Below are positions 49,708 to 59,331 of a stretch of DNA of 64,000 nt, piece by piece. Numbering within the stretch: the first letter of the stretch is position 1; each line of letters opens with the position of its first letter. The notes beneath the pieces are model-generated. The model worked only from the letters and a program-made list of their open reading frames with translations. It was not told the origin of the DNA and searched no databases. Origin of the DNA: an uncultured Chloroflexia bacterium (GTDB taxonomy: Bacteria > Chloroflexota > Limnocylindria > Limnocylindrales > CSP1-4). Made by a program: the position numbers and the translations under genes. The stretch lies in assembly GCA_963720755.1 (NCBI GenBank), contig CAVRGP010000011.1, positions 640,001 through 704,000 of the forward strand, read 5' to 3'.

Positions 49708-49947
49708 ATGGCCATCGCGCTCGAACTCGTCCAATTCGTGTTGATCGCCGCCTGGGTCCTCATCCTCGGGAGGATGGTCATGTCCTGGGTCGACCCCACG
49801 GGCCGGAACCAGATCTCGGTCATGTTGATCCAGACCACCGAACCGATCCTCGCCCCGGTCCGCCGGATCCTGCCCGCGACGGGCGCGATCGACTGGTCCG
49901 GCTTTGTCGTCCTGATCGTGCTCGGGTTCCTGTGGCGCGCCTTCTGA
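49708..49947 (+). CDS. YggT/YlmG family membrane protein
   Basis: SWV...TEPILAPVRRILP..G.IDWS; TAGACT -10 lies 7 nt before the ATG. Confidence 0.9.
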   Translation: MAIALELVQFVLIAAWVLILGRMVMSWVDPTGRNQISVMLIQTTEPILAPVRRILPATGAIDWSGFVVLIVLGFLWRAF

Positions 49948-49951
49948 CGCC

Positions 49952-50233
49952 ATGAGCCTGCCGACCGCGCGGTTCGCTGTCCGGGTCACGCCTCGCTCCG
50001 GTGTCGAGCGGGTGGAGGCGGCGGTCGACGGCGTGCTCAAGGTCCGGGTGATGGCCCCGGCGGTCGAAGGCGCCGCGAACGTCGCACTGGTACGCGTCCT
50101 GGCCGAGGCGCTCGACATCCCCCGGCGCGACGTCCGCATCGTCGCGGGTGCATCCAGTCGCCAGAAACTCGTTGTCGTGGACGGACTGGAACCGGCGGCG
50201 ATCGTTGCCCGTTGGCCGGGCCTGCGGGTATGA
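49952..50233 (+). CDS. DUF167 (YggU) family protein
   Basis: VRVTPRS, APAVEGAAN and GASSRQK. Confidence 0.9.
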   Translation: MSLPTARFAVRVTPRSGVERVEAAVDGVLKVRVMAPAVEGAANVALVRVLAEALDIPRRDVRIVAGASSRQKLVVVDGLEPAAIVARWPGLRV

Positions 50234-50278
50234 TCGGCGGGCACCGTCCGACGCCCTGTGCGGCGTCGCGACCCCTTC

Positions 50279-50355
<77 letters not shown>

Positions 50356-50419
50356 CTCCCGTCCTATTTGCGTGAGAGGCGTCGGCTCACCATGCTGCGT
50401 CGGGCTCACCACGTCCCGA

Positions 50420-50935
50420 TCAGCGAGTGGGTGCAGGCACACCCCACGCACGTCCGGTGGCATCGGCATGACTCCAGACGTCGATCTCCGGTGGCGTCCG
50501 TCCCAGGTTCGACAGGGCCGTGCAGACCTGGCTGCGGTGGTCCGTCCCGTGATGGATGACCTGCGCGAGGCGGACGCCCGCCCGGGCGTGATACTCGGAA
50601 CCATCGGGCCCGCGCTCGACGACGTCCACGTCCGGGTCGACACCGCCGTTCAGCAGCGCCGTCCACGCCTCCCCATTCGCGACGATGGCCGACCGCAGGT
50701 CGGCGAGGGGGGTGTCGTCCTCCTCGTCGATCTGCACCGTCGCCTCCTCGATGAAGAAGGATAGATACCAGCAGTCCGCGGACACCAGATGCCGGAGTGT
50801 GCCGATGACCGAACCGAATGTCCCGGGGACTGGCGTTGCCAACTCCTCGGCGGTGAGATCGATGCAGCTGTCGATGAGGCGCTCGGTCGCCCAGATGTGA
50901 TGGGCGAACGCGTCGGAGAGGCCTGAAGTCTTCAT
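50420..50935 (-). CDS. DinB family protein
   Basis: HHIWAT...TLRHL...QVIHHGTDHRSQ; leaderless TACAGT, 6 nt, ATG. Confidence 0.88.
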   Translation of the reverse strand: MKTSGLSDAFAHHIWATERLIDSCIDLTAEELATPVPGTFGSVIGTLRHLVSADCWYLSFFIEEATVQIDEEDDTPLADLRSAIVANGEAWTALLNGGVDPDVDVVERGPDGSEYHARAGVRLAQVIHHGTDHRSQVCTALSNLGRTPPEIDVWSHADATGRAWGVPAPTR

Positions 50936-51047
50936 CGGTGGACTGTATCGCGAGACGCTCGCTGCCTGCCGGGCGAGGAATGGCGAACGCCGTTGGAGCC
51001 GTCCGGCCCTTGACCGCCCGACCGAGCCCGCGCAATCTCGCTGCGGT

Positions 51048-51182
51048 GTGACGACGCGACACGGCGCGAAGCCAGAGGCGGCGAGATGGCCAGACCGCAC
51101 GGATCCGATCCCGGAGCCCGAGGCGCCCGGCCCGATGCGCCGCCTGATCGAACGATTGCGGGAATGGTCGGGCCGAGCTTGA
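51048..51182 (+). CDS. Candidate 44-aa small protein
   Basis: GTG ORF behind TTGACC-17 nt-CAATCT; amphipathic C-terminus. Below the ORF-track cutoff. Confidence 0.35.
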   Translation: MTTRHGAKPEAARWPDRTDPIPEPEAPGPMRRLIERLREWSGRA

Positions 51183-51255
51183 CCTGCGAGCGTCTCGAGG
51201 AGCGACAAGCCACCGCCGCCTGCGCGTGGCTGCGTCCGAGGCGCATCATCTGCCC

Positions 51256-52428
51256 ATGACCGAGACGACGGATGTGATCGTGGTCGGGGCCGGCGTCCAG
51301 GGTGCCAGCCTTGCATTCCATCTGGCGCGCCGCGGCGTTCGGGTACGGGTCGTGGAGCGCGCGACCGTCGCTGCCGGGGCCACTGGGCGATCATCGGGCT
51401 TCGTCCGGATGCATTACGACCTGCCCTCCGACGCCAGCCTGGCGTGGACGTCCTTCCCATACTTCCAGCACTGGTCGGAGCTCGTCGGTGAAGGCGACTG
51501 TGGCTTCGTCCGGACCGGGTTCGTCCAGCTCGTCCCGCCCGCCCTCGAGGCCGCGCTGCGCGCCAATGTGGCGATGCACCAGGAACTCGGGATCGAGACC
51601 GAGGTCGTGGACGCGGCCGATGTCGAGCGGCTCATGCCCGGCATCGTGACCGACGACATCACCGCCGCCGCGTACGAGCCATCGTCCGGTTACGCCGATC
51701 CGTCCGGGACAGCGGCCGGGTTCCTCGCGGCTGCGAGACGCGACGGCGCCCGGTTCGTGCAGGGCTGCCAGGCGATCTCCGTGATCGTCGACGGGGACGC
51801 CGTCAGCGGTGTCGACACGGACAAGGGTCGGTTCGACGCCCCCATCGTGGTGGACGTCGCCGGCGCCTGGGCAGCGGACGTCGCCACGACCGCCGGCGTC
51901 ACGATACCGGTGGAGACGTGGCGACACGACACCGCCTTCTTCGGCCTGCCGGGCGGCCGGATCGCGGACTTCCCGATCGTCATCGATGAGCCGAACCAGG
52001 TCTACTTCCGGCCCGAGGGAGGCGAGCAGATGCTGGTGGGGCTGGAGGGAGGCAACGAGGTCGGTGGTTCTCCCGACCGGCCGATGCTCCACCTGCACGA
52101 CGGTGCGGTCGAGGACATGATCGATCGAGTGTGCGCCCGGGTTCCCTGGATGGCGGATGGGTCGCTCCGCTCCGGGTACGGAGGGCAGGACGGGATCACC
52201 CCGGACCAGCACGCGATCCTCGGACCGGCCGGCCCGGATGGGTTCTACCTCGCCTGCGGGTTCTCGGGCACCGGTTTCAAGACGGCGCCGGCCGTGGGGA
52301 TGTGCCTCACAGAGTTGATCCTCGATGGCCGTTCGTCGACCGTCGACATCTCGGGCTACACGCTCGACCGGTTCGCGGAGGGTCGGACTCTCGCTGGCGA
52401 GCATTCGTATGGGCGTCTCTGGCGCTGA
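51256..52428 (+). CDS. FAD-dependent oxidoreductase (DAO / sarcosine oxidase beta-like)
   Basis: VVGAGVQG, GATGRSSG, TPDQHAILG and GFSGTGFKTAPAVG. Confidence 0.9.
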   Translation: MTETTDVIVVGAGVQGASLAFHLARRGVRVRVVERATVAAGATGRSSGFVRMHYDLPSDASLAWTSFPYFQHWSELVGEGDCGFVRTGFVQLVPPALEAALRANVAMHQELGIETEVVDAADVERLMPGIVTDDITAAAYEPSSGYADPSGTAAGFLAAARRDGARFVQGCQAISVIVDGDAVSGVDTDKGRFDAPIVVDVAGAWAADVATTAGVTIPVETWRHDTAFFGLPGGRIADFPIVIDEPNQVYFRPEGGEQMLVGLEGGNEVGGSPDRPMLHLHDGAVEDMIDRVCARVPWMADGSLRSGYGGQDGITPDQHAILGPAGPDGFYLACGFSGTGFKTAPAVGMCLTELILDGRSSTVDISGYTLDRFAEGRTLAGEHSYGRLWR

Positions 52429-52542
52429 CTCGGCCGGCCCGACGGCGCCGTCCCTCGCGGTCGATGGCGAGGACGCTGGCGAACCGTCACGCCCGTGCGA
52501 CCCGGTCCGTCCGAGGAGAGACAAGACCCGCTCCTCCGCGTC

Positions 52543-52577
52543 GAAGCCCCCAGTTCCTCCCCTGGGGGCTTCTTCGT
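52543..52577 (+). terminator. Strong hairpin with C-rich loop between convergent genes
   Basis: 11-bp stem GAAGCCCCCAG / CTGGGGGCTTC, loop TTCCTCCC, weak U-tail. Confidence 0.7.
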
Positions 52578-52590
52578 GTCGATCTCTCGG

Positions 52591-53688
52591 TCACGGGTGG
52601 ATCCGCCAGATCCGTTCCCCACCATAGTCGAGGACCCAGATGTCGCCGAAGGCCCCCTCGGCCACGAACGGGTTCTTGGCGCCCTCGAGTGCGTCCACGG
52701 ACGCGATCGCATCGGTCCCGAGATCCACCTCGATGAGCGTGCGGGCCTTGCCATCCGGGATGTACGCACGGTCGCCATCGACCGTCCCGTCGAGCGGGCC
52801 AGTGCCCCCGACGATCGGTTGTCCAGCGGTAGTCGTGGCCGGTTCGAGTTGGACGATCGAGCCGTTCAAGCGGTTCGCGACGAGAACGCTGGTTCCATCG
52901 TCGGCGAACCAACTGACTCCTCGATCGAGCTTCACGGTCGCTGCGACGGTGTCCGTATCCGGGTCGATCCGGCGCACCGATCCGTCGATATCGTCGACCA
53001 CCCAGACGGATCCGTCGGCGATGGCCAGGCCGGACCCGGATGGGCCGATGCCGATCCGCGCCGTCACCTTGGCCGTGGCCGGGTCGATTCGGACCACCTG
53101 GCGGTTCGTCCGGTCGACGACCCAGACCGATCCATAGCCGGCCTTGAGGTCCCACAGGCTCGGGCCGAGGCCGGTCACTGTGGCGGTCACCTTGGTCGTT
53201 GCCGGGTCCACCGCGACCACCTCGCCGATGGTCAGGAGGGCAACCCAGATCCGGCCGTCTGGACCGACGGAGATCCCGCAGGGCGATCCGTCGATCGGCA
53301 CCTGGGCGATGACGGCGTTCGCGCCCGGATCGATCCGTGCCAGCATCGACGGGTTGTTGCCGGTGACCCAGATCGTTGTCGCGGTCGCGGCCATCGCGCA
53401 CGGCTTGACGATGCCGTCGATCGTGGCGACGAGCCGGGCACCAAGTCCGGACGGTGGTGGGGCCGACGCGTCCGGCGTCGCTGAAGGACCGGCCGTCGGC
53501 GGCGCCGAAGGAGGGGCTGTCGACGGCGTGACCGAACCCGGAGCGGGGGTCGAGGACGGCGGGGCCGTTGACGATCCGGGCGATGTCGCGCCGCTCTGCC
53601 CGCAGGCGGTGATGAAGATCACGGCGCAGGCCAGGACGAAGGCGGATGGCGGGCGCACACGGGCGACGGATGGCGGCATCAACGCCAT
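52591..53688 (-). CDS. Beta-propeller (YVTN/Vgb-like) lipoprotein
   Basis: Lipobox FITAC, Pro/Ser/Thr linker, and repeated GSVWV...V.RIDPAT blades. Confidence 0.8.
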   Translation of the reverse strand: MALMPPSVARVRPPSAFVLACAVIFITACGQSGATSPGSSTAPPSSTPAPGSVTPSTAPPSAPPTAGPSATPDASAPPPSGLGARLVATIDGIVKPCAMAATATTIWVTGNNPSMLARIDPGANAVIAQVPIDGSPCGISVGPDGRIWVALLTIGEVVAVDPATTKVTATVTGLGPSLWDLKAGYGSVWVVDRTNRQVVRIDPATAKVTARIGIGPSGSGLAIADGSVWVVDDIDGSVRRIDPDTDTVAATVKLDRGVSWFADDGTSVLVANRLNGSIVQLEPATTTAGQPIVGGTGPLDGTVDGDRAYIPDGKARTLIEVDLGTDAIASVDALEGAKNPFVAEGAFGDIWVLDYGGERIWRIHP

Positions 53689-53715
53689 ACTCTGCCGATG
53701 ACTGGTCGGGTTGCA

Positions 53716-53750
53716 AGGGCCACAGAAGTGATGTTCGATAGGGCCACAGA
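53716..53750. promoter_or_regulatory. 11-bp direct repeat (candidate MocR operator)
   Basis: AGGGCCACAGA at 53716-53726 and 53740-53750, 24-bp period. Confidence 0.6.
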
Positions 53751-55275
53751 TGGGCGCTCGGTCGATGCGGTCGGTCGGCGCGAACCGGACATCGCGAATA
53801 CCCTCGCGTCACCGCTTCGACCGGTGGACCACGATCCGCTGTACCGGCAGATCGAGCGTCGCCTGCGCTCGGCGATCACCGATGGACGCCTGCGACCCGG
53901 CGCCAGGCTGGCCGCGACGCGGGTCTTCGCGCGCGAGCTCGGGGTCGCCCGGATCACCGTCCAGACCGCCTATGACCAACTGGTCGCCGAGGGCTATCTG
54001 GAGGTTCGTGGACGGCGAGGGACCCGCGTCGCGACCGACCTTCCCGACCGGGGTTTCGCGGCGTCCATGACGCCGATGGTCATCGCGACGTCGCGCTTCC
54101 CGCCACTGAACGACTGGGCATCCCGGGCACCGGTGACGTCGCCGGCGCCTGGCGTGTCCGCTCCGATCGAGCTTGGACCCGAGTGGTTCGGACTCGATAC
54201 GGTCGATCGGAAGCGCTGGGAGCGCCTGCTCGTCCGGGCGTGGCGCGAGCTGGTCGGCGAGCCGGACAGCCCGGCGGCGACCTATGCGGGCCCACTCGGC
54301 GATGAGCGTCTGCGGTCGGCCCTGGCCGATCATCTCGCCGTGCGGCGCGGGGTCCGCTGCCGGCCGGAGGCGATCGTCGTCACCGCCGGCTCGACGGCGG
54401 CGTTCGGAGCGATCGCCCGGACGTGGCTTGGTCCAGGGCGGATCTGCGTGATGGAGGACCCAGGTGGCGAGCAGTTGCGCCGGGCGCTCGGGGGTTCAGG
54501 CGCGACGATCGTGCCCGTGCCCGTCGATACCCAGGGGATCCGGGTGGAGGCACTGCCGAGTCGGGCGGATGTCGTGTTCGTGACGCCCAGCTGGCAGTAT
54601 CCGGCCGGTGGCAGTCTGAGCCTGCCACGACGCCTCGCGCTGCTCCGGTGGGCCGACGAGACCGGGGCGATCGTGGTCGAGGATGACTGCGAAAGCGAAC
54701 TGCGCTATGAGGGTCAGCCCCTGCCATCGCTCCAGGGTCTCGCCCTCGACGGCCGGGTCATCTACGTGAGCACGTTCAGCAAGGTCCTGTTCCCCGGCCT
54801 TCGCACCGGCTACGTGGTCATCCCGGACGTCCATCGTGGTCCGCTGCTGGCGGCTCTCGAGGCCGGCAGTCGTGCAGCCGGGGCCCTGGAGCAGCGCATC
54901 CTGGCGCTGTTCATGGAGAGCGGAGCGTTCGACCGCCACGTCCGGCAGACCCGGGCGACCTTCTCGGCACGCCGCGACGCGTTCGCTCGTGCCCTCGCCG
55001 CGACCGGGGCCGGCCTCGAGGTCCGCAGATCTTCAGCCGGGGGCCACCTGATCGTCGGCATCCTCGATCCGAACTGGACCGCCACGACGTTGTCGGGCGC
55101 GATGGGCGAACTCGGGATCAGGGTCGAACCGCTTTCCGCGAACCGTCGGCTTGCCGGTCCCGACGACGAACTTGTCGTCTATCTGAGCCGACCCGACATC
55201 CCGATGCTCGAGCGGGCGGCTCGATCGATGGGGGCACTGGTCCAGGCGGGCCCGTCCAGCGCCGGATCGCGCTAG
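53731..55275 (+). CDS. MocR/GabR family regulator (GntR HTH plus PLP aminotransferase domain)
   Basis: PLYRQI...LGVARITVQTAYDQL; VEDDCESE; STFSKVLFPGLR with PLP Lys. Start uncertain (53698, 53731 or 53824). Confidence 0.9.
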   Translation: MFDRATDGRSVDAVGRREPDIANTLASPLRPVDHDPLYRQIERRLRSAITDGRLRPGARLAATRVFARELGVARITVQTAYDQLVAEGYLEVRGRRGTRVATDLPDRGFAASMTPMVIATSRFPPLNDWASRAPVTSPAPGVSAPIELGPEWFGLDTVDRKRWERLLVRAWRELVGEPDSPAATYAGPLGDERLRSALADHLAVRRGVRCRPEAIVVTAGSTAAFGAIARTWLGPGRICVMEDPGGEQLRRALGGSGATIVPVPVDTQGIRVEALPSRADVVFVTPSWQYPAGGSLSLPRRLALLRWADETGAIVVEDDCESELRYEGQPLPSLQGLALDGRVIYVSTFSKVLFPGLRTGYVVIPDVHRGPLLAALEAGSRAAGALEQRILALFMESGAFDRHVRQTRATFSARRDAFARALAATGAGLEVRRSSAGGHLIVGILDPNWTATTLSGAMGELGIRVEPLSANRRLAGPDDELVVYLSRPDIPMLERAARSMGALVQAGPSSAGSR

Positions 55276-58034
55276 TCCGAGTCCGCGGCCAGCCGGCGCA
55301 GTACGGTCGGGAGGATGCCGCCTCCGCGGTAATAGGCGACGTCGATCGGTCCATCGAGCCGCGCGATGGCGTCGAAGCGGCGAGGCCTGCCGTCCCCGCC
55401 GTCCGTGGGCTCACCAGCGACGACCACGGTCACGGTCTGACGCGGGGTCGCACCATCCTCGAGACCGATCACGGAATAGGTCTCCCGGCCGGTCAACCCG
55501 AGCGATGTAGCGCTTTCCCCGGGCATGAACTGCAGGGGCAGGATCCCCATGCCGACCAGGTTGGACCGGTGGATCCGCTCGAAGCTCTCCGCCAGGACCA
55601 TCCGCACGCCGAGGAGCGCCGGGCCCTTGGCCGCCCAGTCGCGCGACGACCCAGAGCCGTATTCCCGGCCCGCGATCACGGCCAGCGGTACCGATTCGGC
55701 CGCATACCGCATCGCGGCGTCGTAGATGAAACCCTCGTCGCCATCCGGGAGGTGGACCGTGTACGGGCCTTCCTTGTCCGGGACCATCCGATTGCGCAGC
55801 CGGATGTTGCCGAACGTCCCTCGCATCATGACTTCGTGGTGTCCGCGCCTGGCGCCATAGGAATTGAACGCGGCGGGTTCGACCCCGTTCGCCTGCAACC
55901 ACGACCCGGCCGGCGACCACGACGCGATCGATCCCGCCGGGGAGATGTGGTCGGTCGTGACCGAATCGCCGAACATCGCAAGGACGCGCATGTCGCGCAG
56001 CTCGGGAACCGCCGCGGGCGCGGCCGTCAGGCCGTCGAGGAACGGCGGCTTGGCCACATAGGTCGACCCGTCGGCCCACGCATATCGGTCCCCGGACGGG
56101 ATCGGCAGCGCCCGCCATCGATCGTCGCCGTCGAAGACGGTCGCATAGGTCCGCCGGAACAACTCCGGGTCGATCGCGGATCCGATGACCGACCGGATCT
56201 CGTCGGGTTCCGGCCAGATGTCGGCGAGGAAGACCGGCCGGCCATCGCCACCGGTCCCGAGCGGTTCGCTGGTGAGATCGATGTCGACCCGTCCCGCCAG
56301 CGCGAAGGCGACGACGAGTGGGGGCGAGGCCAGGTAGCTGGCCCGGACCAGCGGGTGGATCCTGCCCTCGAAGTTGCGATTCCCCGAGAGCACGGCGGCC
56401 ACCACCAGGTCGTTCGCCTCGATCGCGGCCGCGATCTCAAGGTCGAGCGGTCCGGAGTTGCCGATACATGTCGTGCAACCGTAGCCCGCCAGCGCGAAGC
56501 CGAGTGCCTCGAGCGGTCGCATCAGGCCGGCAGCTTCGAGGTAGCCGGTCACGGCGCGCGATCCTGGTGCCAGCGACGTCTTGACGGTCGGCGCAACCAC
56601 CAGACCGCGCTCCACGGCGTTGCGGGCGAGGAGACCGGCGCCGACCATGACCGTCGGGTTCGACGTGTTCGTGCAAGACGTGATGGCGGCGATGGCGACC
56701 GAGCCATGGCGGACGACGGCGGGCCGTCCGCCGACCTCGACCGCGACGCTTCCGTCGTCGGTCGCCCCGGTCGTCCCGCCCTCGTCGGCCAGGCGGGCAA
56801 GCGCCTTCGTGGTCGCCTGGGATGGGGCGGTCGACGGGAACGCTGCGTGGAAGTTCGCGGGCAGTCCTGGCAGGACGACTCGATCCTGTGGACGCCGGGG
56901 GCCGGCCACGGACGGTTCGACGCCGGCGAGATCGAGTTCGAGGAGTTCGTCGAAGATCGGGCCATCTCCCGGTTCGCGCCACAGGCCCTGGGTCTTGGCG
57001 TAGCGCTCGACCAGGTCGACCCGGTCGGTCGAGCGGCCGGTCAGGCGCAGGTAGCCGAGCGTCTCGTCGTCGATCGGGAAGAGTGTCGACGTCGCACCGA
57101 ACTCCGGGCTCATATTGCTGATCGTCGTCCGGTCGGCGAGCGCAAGACTCGCCAGTCCGTCCCCGGCGAACTCGACGAAGCAGCCGACGACGCCATGGGT
57201 TCGGAGCATCTCGGTCACGACCAGGACCAGGTCCGTCGCCGTCGAGCCGTGCGGCAGGGCACCGTGGAGTCGAACGCCGACGACATGGGGCATCGGCAGG
57301 TACAGGGGCTGACCAAGCAGGACGGCCTCGGCCTCGATCCCGCCGACCCCATACCCGAGAACGCCCAGCCCGTTGACCATCGTCGTGTGTGAATCGGTCC
57401 CGACCACGGTGTCGGGGAACGCGACCCGAGCACCGCCCGGCTCGGCTCGATCGTCCACGACCGTCGCGAGGAATTCGAGATTGACCTGGTGGATGATCCC
57501 TGTCCCGGGTGGCACGACTCGCAGACCGCGGAATGCGGTCTGCGCCCAACGCAGGAGCTGGTAGCGCTCACCGTTACGCTCGTACTCGCGCTCGACGTTG
57601 TACGCGAAGGCCCCCGGCGTCCCGAACCGGTCGATCTGGACCGAGTGGTCGATCACCAGGTCAGCCGGGACCAGCGGGTTGACCAGACTCGGGTCGCCGC
57701 CGAGATCGGCCATCGCATCGCGCATGACGGCGAGATCGACGACGGCCGGGACGCCGGTGAAGTCCTGGAGCAGGACCCGCGCCGGCATGAACGGGATCTC
57801 CGCCTCGGCCGGCTGGCCCGGTCGCCAGGAGAGGAGCGTCTCGACATCCTCGGCGCGGACCGTCGGGCCACCCGCGTGCCGGAGCAGGTTCTCGAGCAGG
57901 ACCTTGATGGTCACCGGCAGGGTCGCGAGGTCGATCCGGTCGGCGATGGCGTCGAGCCTGTGGATGTCCGGGAGTCCCGATCCGAGCGTTCCGCGGGCGC
58001 CGAACGGGTCGGACCCCGATCTCGTGGTGGTCAT
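55272..58034 (-). CDS. acnA: Aconitate hydratase A
   Basis: QDFTGVP, DHSVQ, GTDSHT, SCTNTSNP, GCTTCIGNSG, TTDHISPAG and GSSRDWAAKG. Confidence 0.97.
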   Translation of the reverse strand: MTTTRSGSDPFGARGTLGSGLPDIHRLDAIADRIDLATLPVTIKVLLENLLRHAGGPTVRAEDVETLLSWRPGQPAEAEIPFMPARVLLQDFTGVPAVVDLAVMRDAMADLGGDPSLVNPLVPADLVIDHSVQIDRFGTPGAFAYNVEREYERNGERYQLLRWAQTAFRGLRVVPPGTGIIHQVNLEFLATVVDDRAEPGGARVAFPDTVVGTDSHTTMVNGLGVLGYGVGGIEAEAVLLGQPLYLPMPHVVGVRLHGALPHGSTATDLVLVVTEMLRTHGVVGCFVEFAGDGLASLALADRTTISNMSPEFGATSTLFPIDDETLGYLRLTGRSTDRVDLVERYAKTQGLWREPGDGPIFDELLELDLAGVEPSVAGPRRPQDRVVLPGLPANFHAAFPSTAPSQATTKALARLADEGGTTGATDDGSVAVEVGGRPAVVRHGSVAIAAITSCTNTSNPTVMVGAGLLARNAVERGLVVAPTVKTSLAPGSRAVTGYLEAAGLMRPLEALGFALAGYGCTTCIGNSGPLDLEIAAAIEANDLVVAAVLSGNRNFEGRIHPLVRASYLASPPLVVAFALAGRVDIDLTSEPLGTGGDGRPVFLADIWPEPDEIRSVIGSAIDPELFRRTYATVFDGDDRWRALPIPSGDRYAWADGSTYVAKPPFLDGLTAAPAAVPELRDMRVLAMFGDSVTTDHISPAGSIASWSPAGSWLQANGVEPAAFNSYGARRGHHEVMMRGTFGNIRLRNRMVPDKEGPYTVHLPDGDEGFIYDAAMRYAAESVPLAVIAGREYGSGSSRDWAAKGPALLGVRMVLAESFERIHRSNLVGMGILPLQFMPGESATSLGLTGRETYSVIGLEDGATPRQTVTVVVAGEPTDGGDGRPRRFDAIARLDGPIDVAYYRGGGILPTVLRRLAADSD

Positions 58035-58211
58035 CAACGCGCCTCCTTCGTCGACCGCGCCAGTGCGCGGGGTCAGTCGGCGCCGGGCGGGTGCGCCCAC
58101 CCCGGGTCGAAGTTCGGGGCAAGTATACGGCGGGCCGCCACGGGTCGCCACGGGCCATGGGCGACGCGGGCCGTGGACGACCCGTCGACGCAGGCCCGCT
58201 GGTTACACTCG

Positions 58212-59324
58212 ATGGATGATGACCCGACGACACCGGACGACCGTCTCGGACGACCCTCGATGAGATCCTGGGGCGATCTGCCCGGCGACGATCCGGAGCG
58301 GGATCGGGCCGAGATCAAGCGCGAGATCGAAGCGGCCGGGATCGATCTCGAACCGCCGCCGGGGACCCATCGTCATGGCGATGCGGTCCACGCCAGTGAC
58401 CACGCCCACCCCCATGCCCACTCCGAGCCGGGCGAGCCACCCGTCATCGGCATCGTCGGTGCCGGCGCGGTCGGGACGGCCCTGGGCGTCGCGTTGTCGC
58501 GCTCCGGCTGGCCGATCCACGCCGTAGCCAGCCGCGACGCGGGACGACGGGACCGGTTCCGATCCCTGGTCGATGTGGCACGCGTCTTCGCCGATCCCGA
58601 ACCGATCCTCGACGAGGTCGAGCTCATCATCCTGGCCGTTCCCGACGATGCGATCGCCGGGCTCGCGGGCTCGCTCCGGATGTACGCCGGCCAGGCGATG
58701 ATCCACACGAGCGGTGCCCTCGGCGCCGGTGTCCTCGCGCCGGCGATGGCGGCCGGGACCCAGATCGGCTCGTTCCATCCGCTCGTCGCGGTCGCCGACA
58801 CCGAACGCGCTGTGGCGGCGTTCCGTGGGGCGACGGTCGCCATCGAAGGCGACGACCAGCTCGCATCGATGCTGGCCGAGATGGCCGAGGTGATCGGCGC
58901 GGTCCCGGTCAGGCTCGAGCCCGGCTCGAAGGCGGCTTATCACGCGGCCGCGGTCCTGGCCGCCGGCGGGTTCGTCGCGCTGCTCGATGCGATCGCCGAG
59001 CTCGGCCGAGTCGCCGGCCTGGACGAGGCCGGATCGCTGGCGATCTACGGGCCGTTGCTCGAAGGCACCCTCGGGAACGCGCGAGCCCTCGGGATCCGAG
59101 GGGCGCTGACCGGGCCGATGACCCGTGGCGACGTCGGGACCTTGCGGGTCCACCTCGCCACGCTCCGGTCACACGCGCCCGGTGTCATGGACCTCTATGT
59201 CGCTGCAGCGCGCCGCGAAGTCGACCTGGCCCTGGCCCGGGGCGTCCTGGCACCGGAGGACGCGGAGACGATGCGCGAGGCGATCGTTTCGGCCTTGCAA
59301 GGTGAGCCCGAACCGGTACCATAG
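58212..59324 (+). CDS. Rossmann-like plus DUF2520 protein (PanG-like oxidoreductase) with His-rich N-terminal extension
   Basis: GAGAVG, AVPDDAI, HTSGA, FHPL, YHAAA and LTGPMTRGD; start 58212 or 58260. Confidence 0.85.
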   Translation: MDDDPTTPDDRLGRPSMRSWGDLPGDDPERDRAEIKREIEAAGIDLEPPPGTHRHGDAVHASDHAHPHAHSEPGEPPVIGIVGAGAVGTALGVALSRSGWPIHAVASRDAGRRDRFRSLVDVARVFADPEPILDEVELIILAVPDDAIAGLAGSLRMYAGQAMIHTSGALGAGVLAPAMAAGTQIGSFHPLVAVADTERAVAAFRGATVAIEGDDQLASMLAEMAEVIGAVPVRLEPGSKAAYHAAAVLAAGGFVALLDAIAELGRVAGLDEAGSLAIYGPLLEGTLGNARALGIRGALTGPMTRGDVGTLRVHLATLRSHAPGVMDLYVAAARREVDLALARGVLAPEDAETMREAIVSALQGEPEPVP

Positions 59325-59331
59325 GCCGGAC

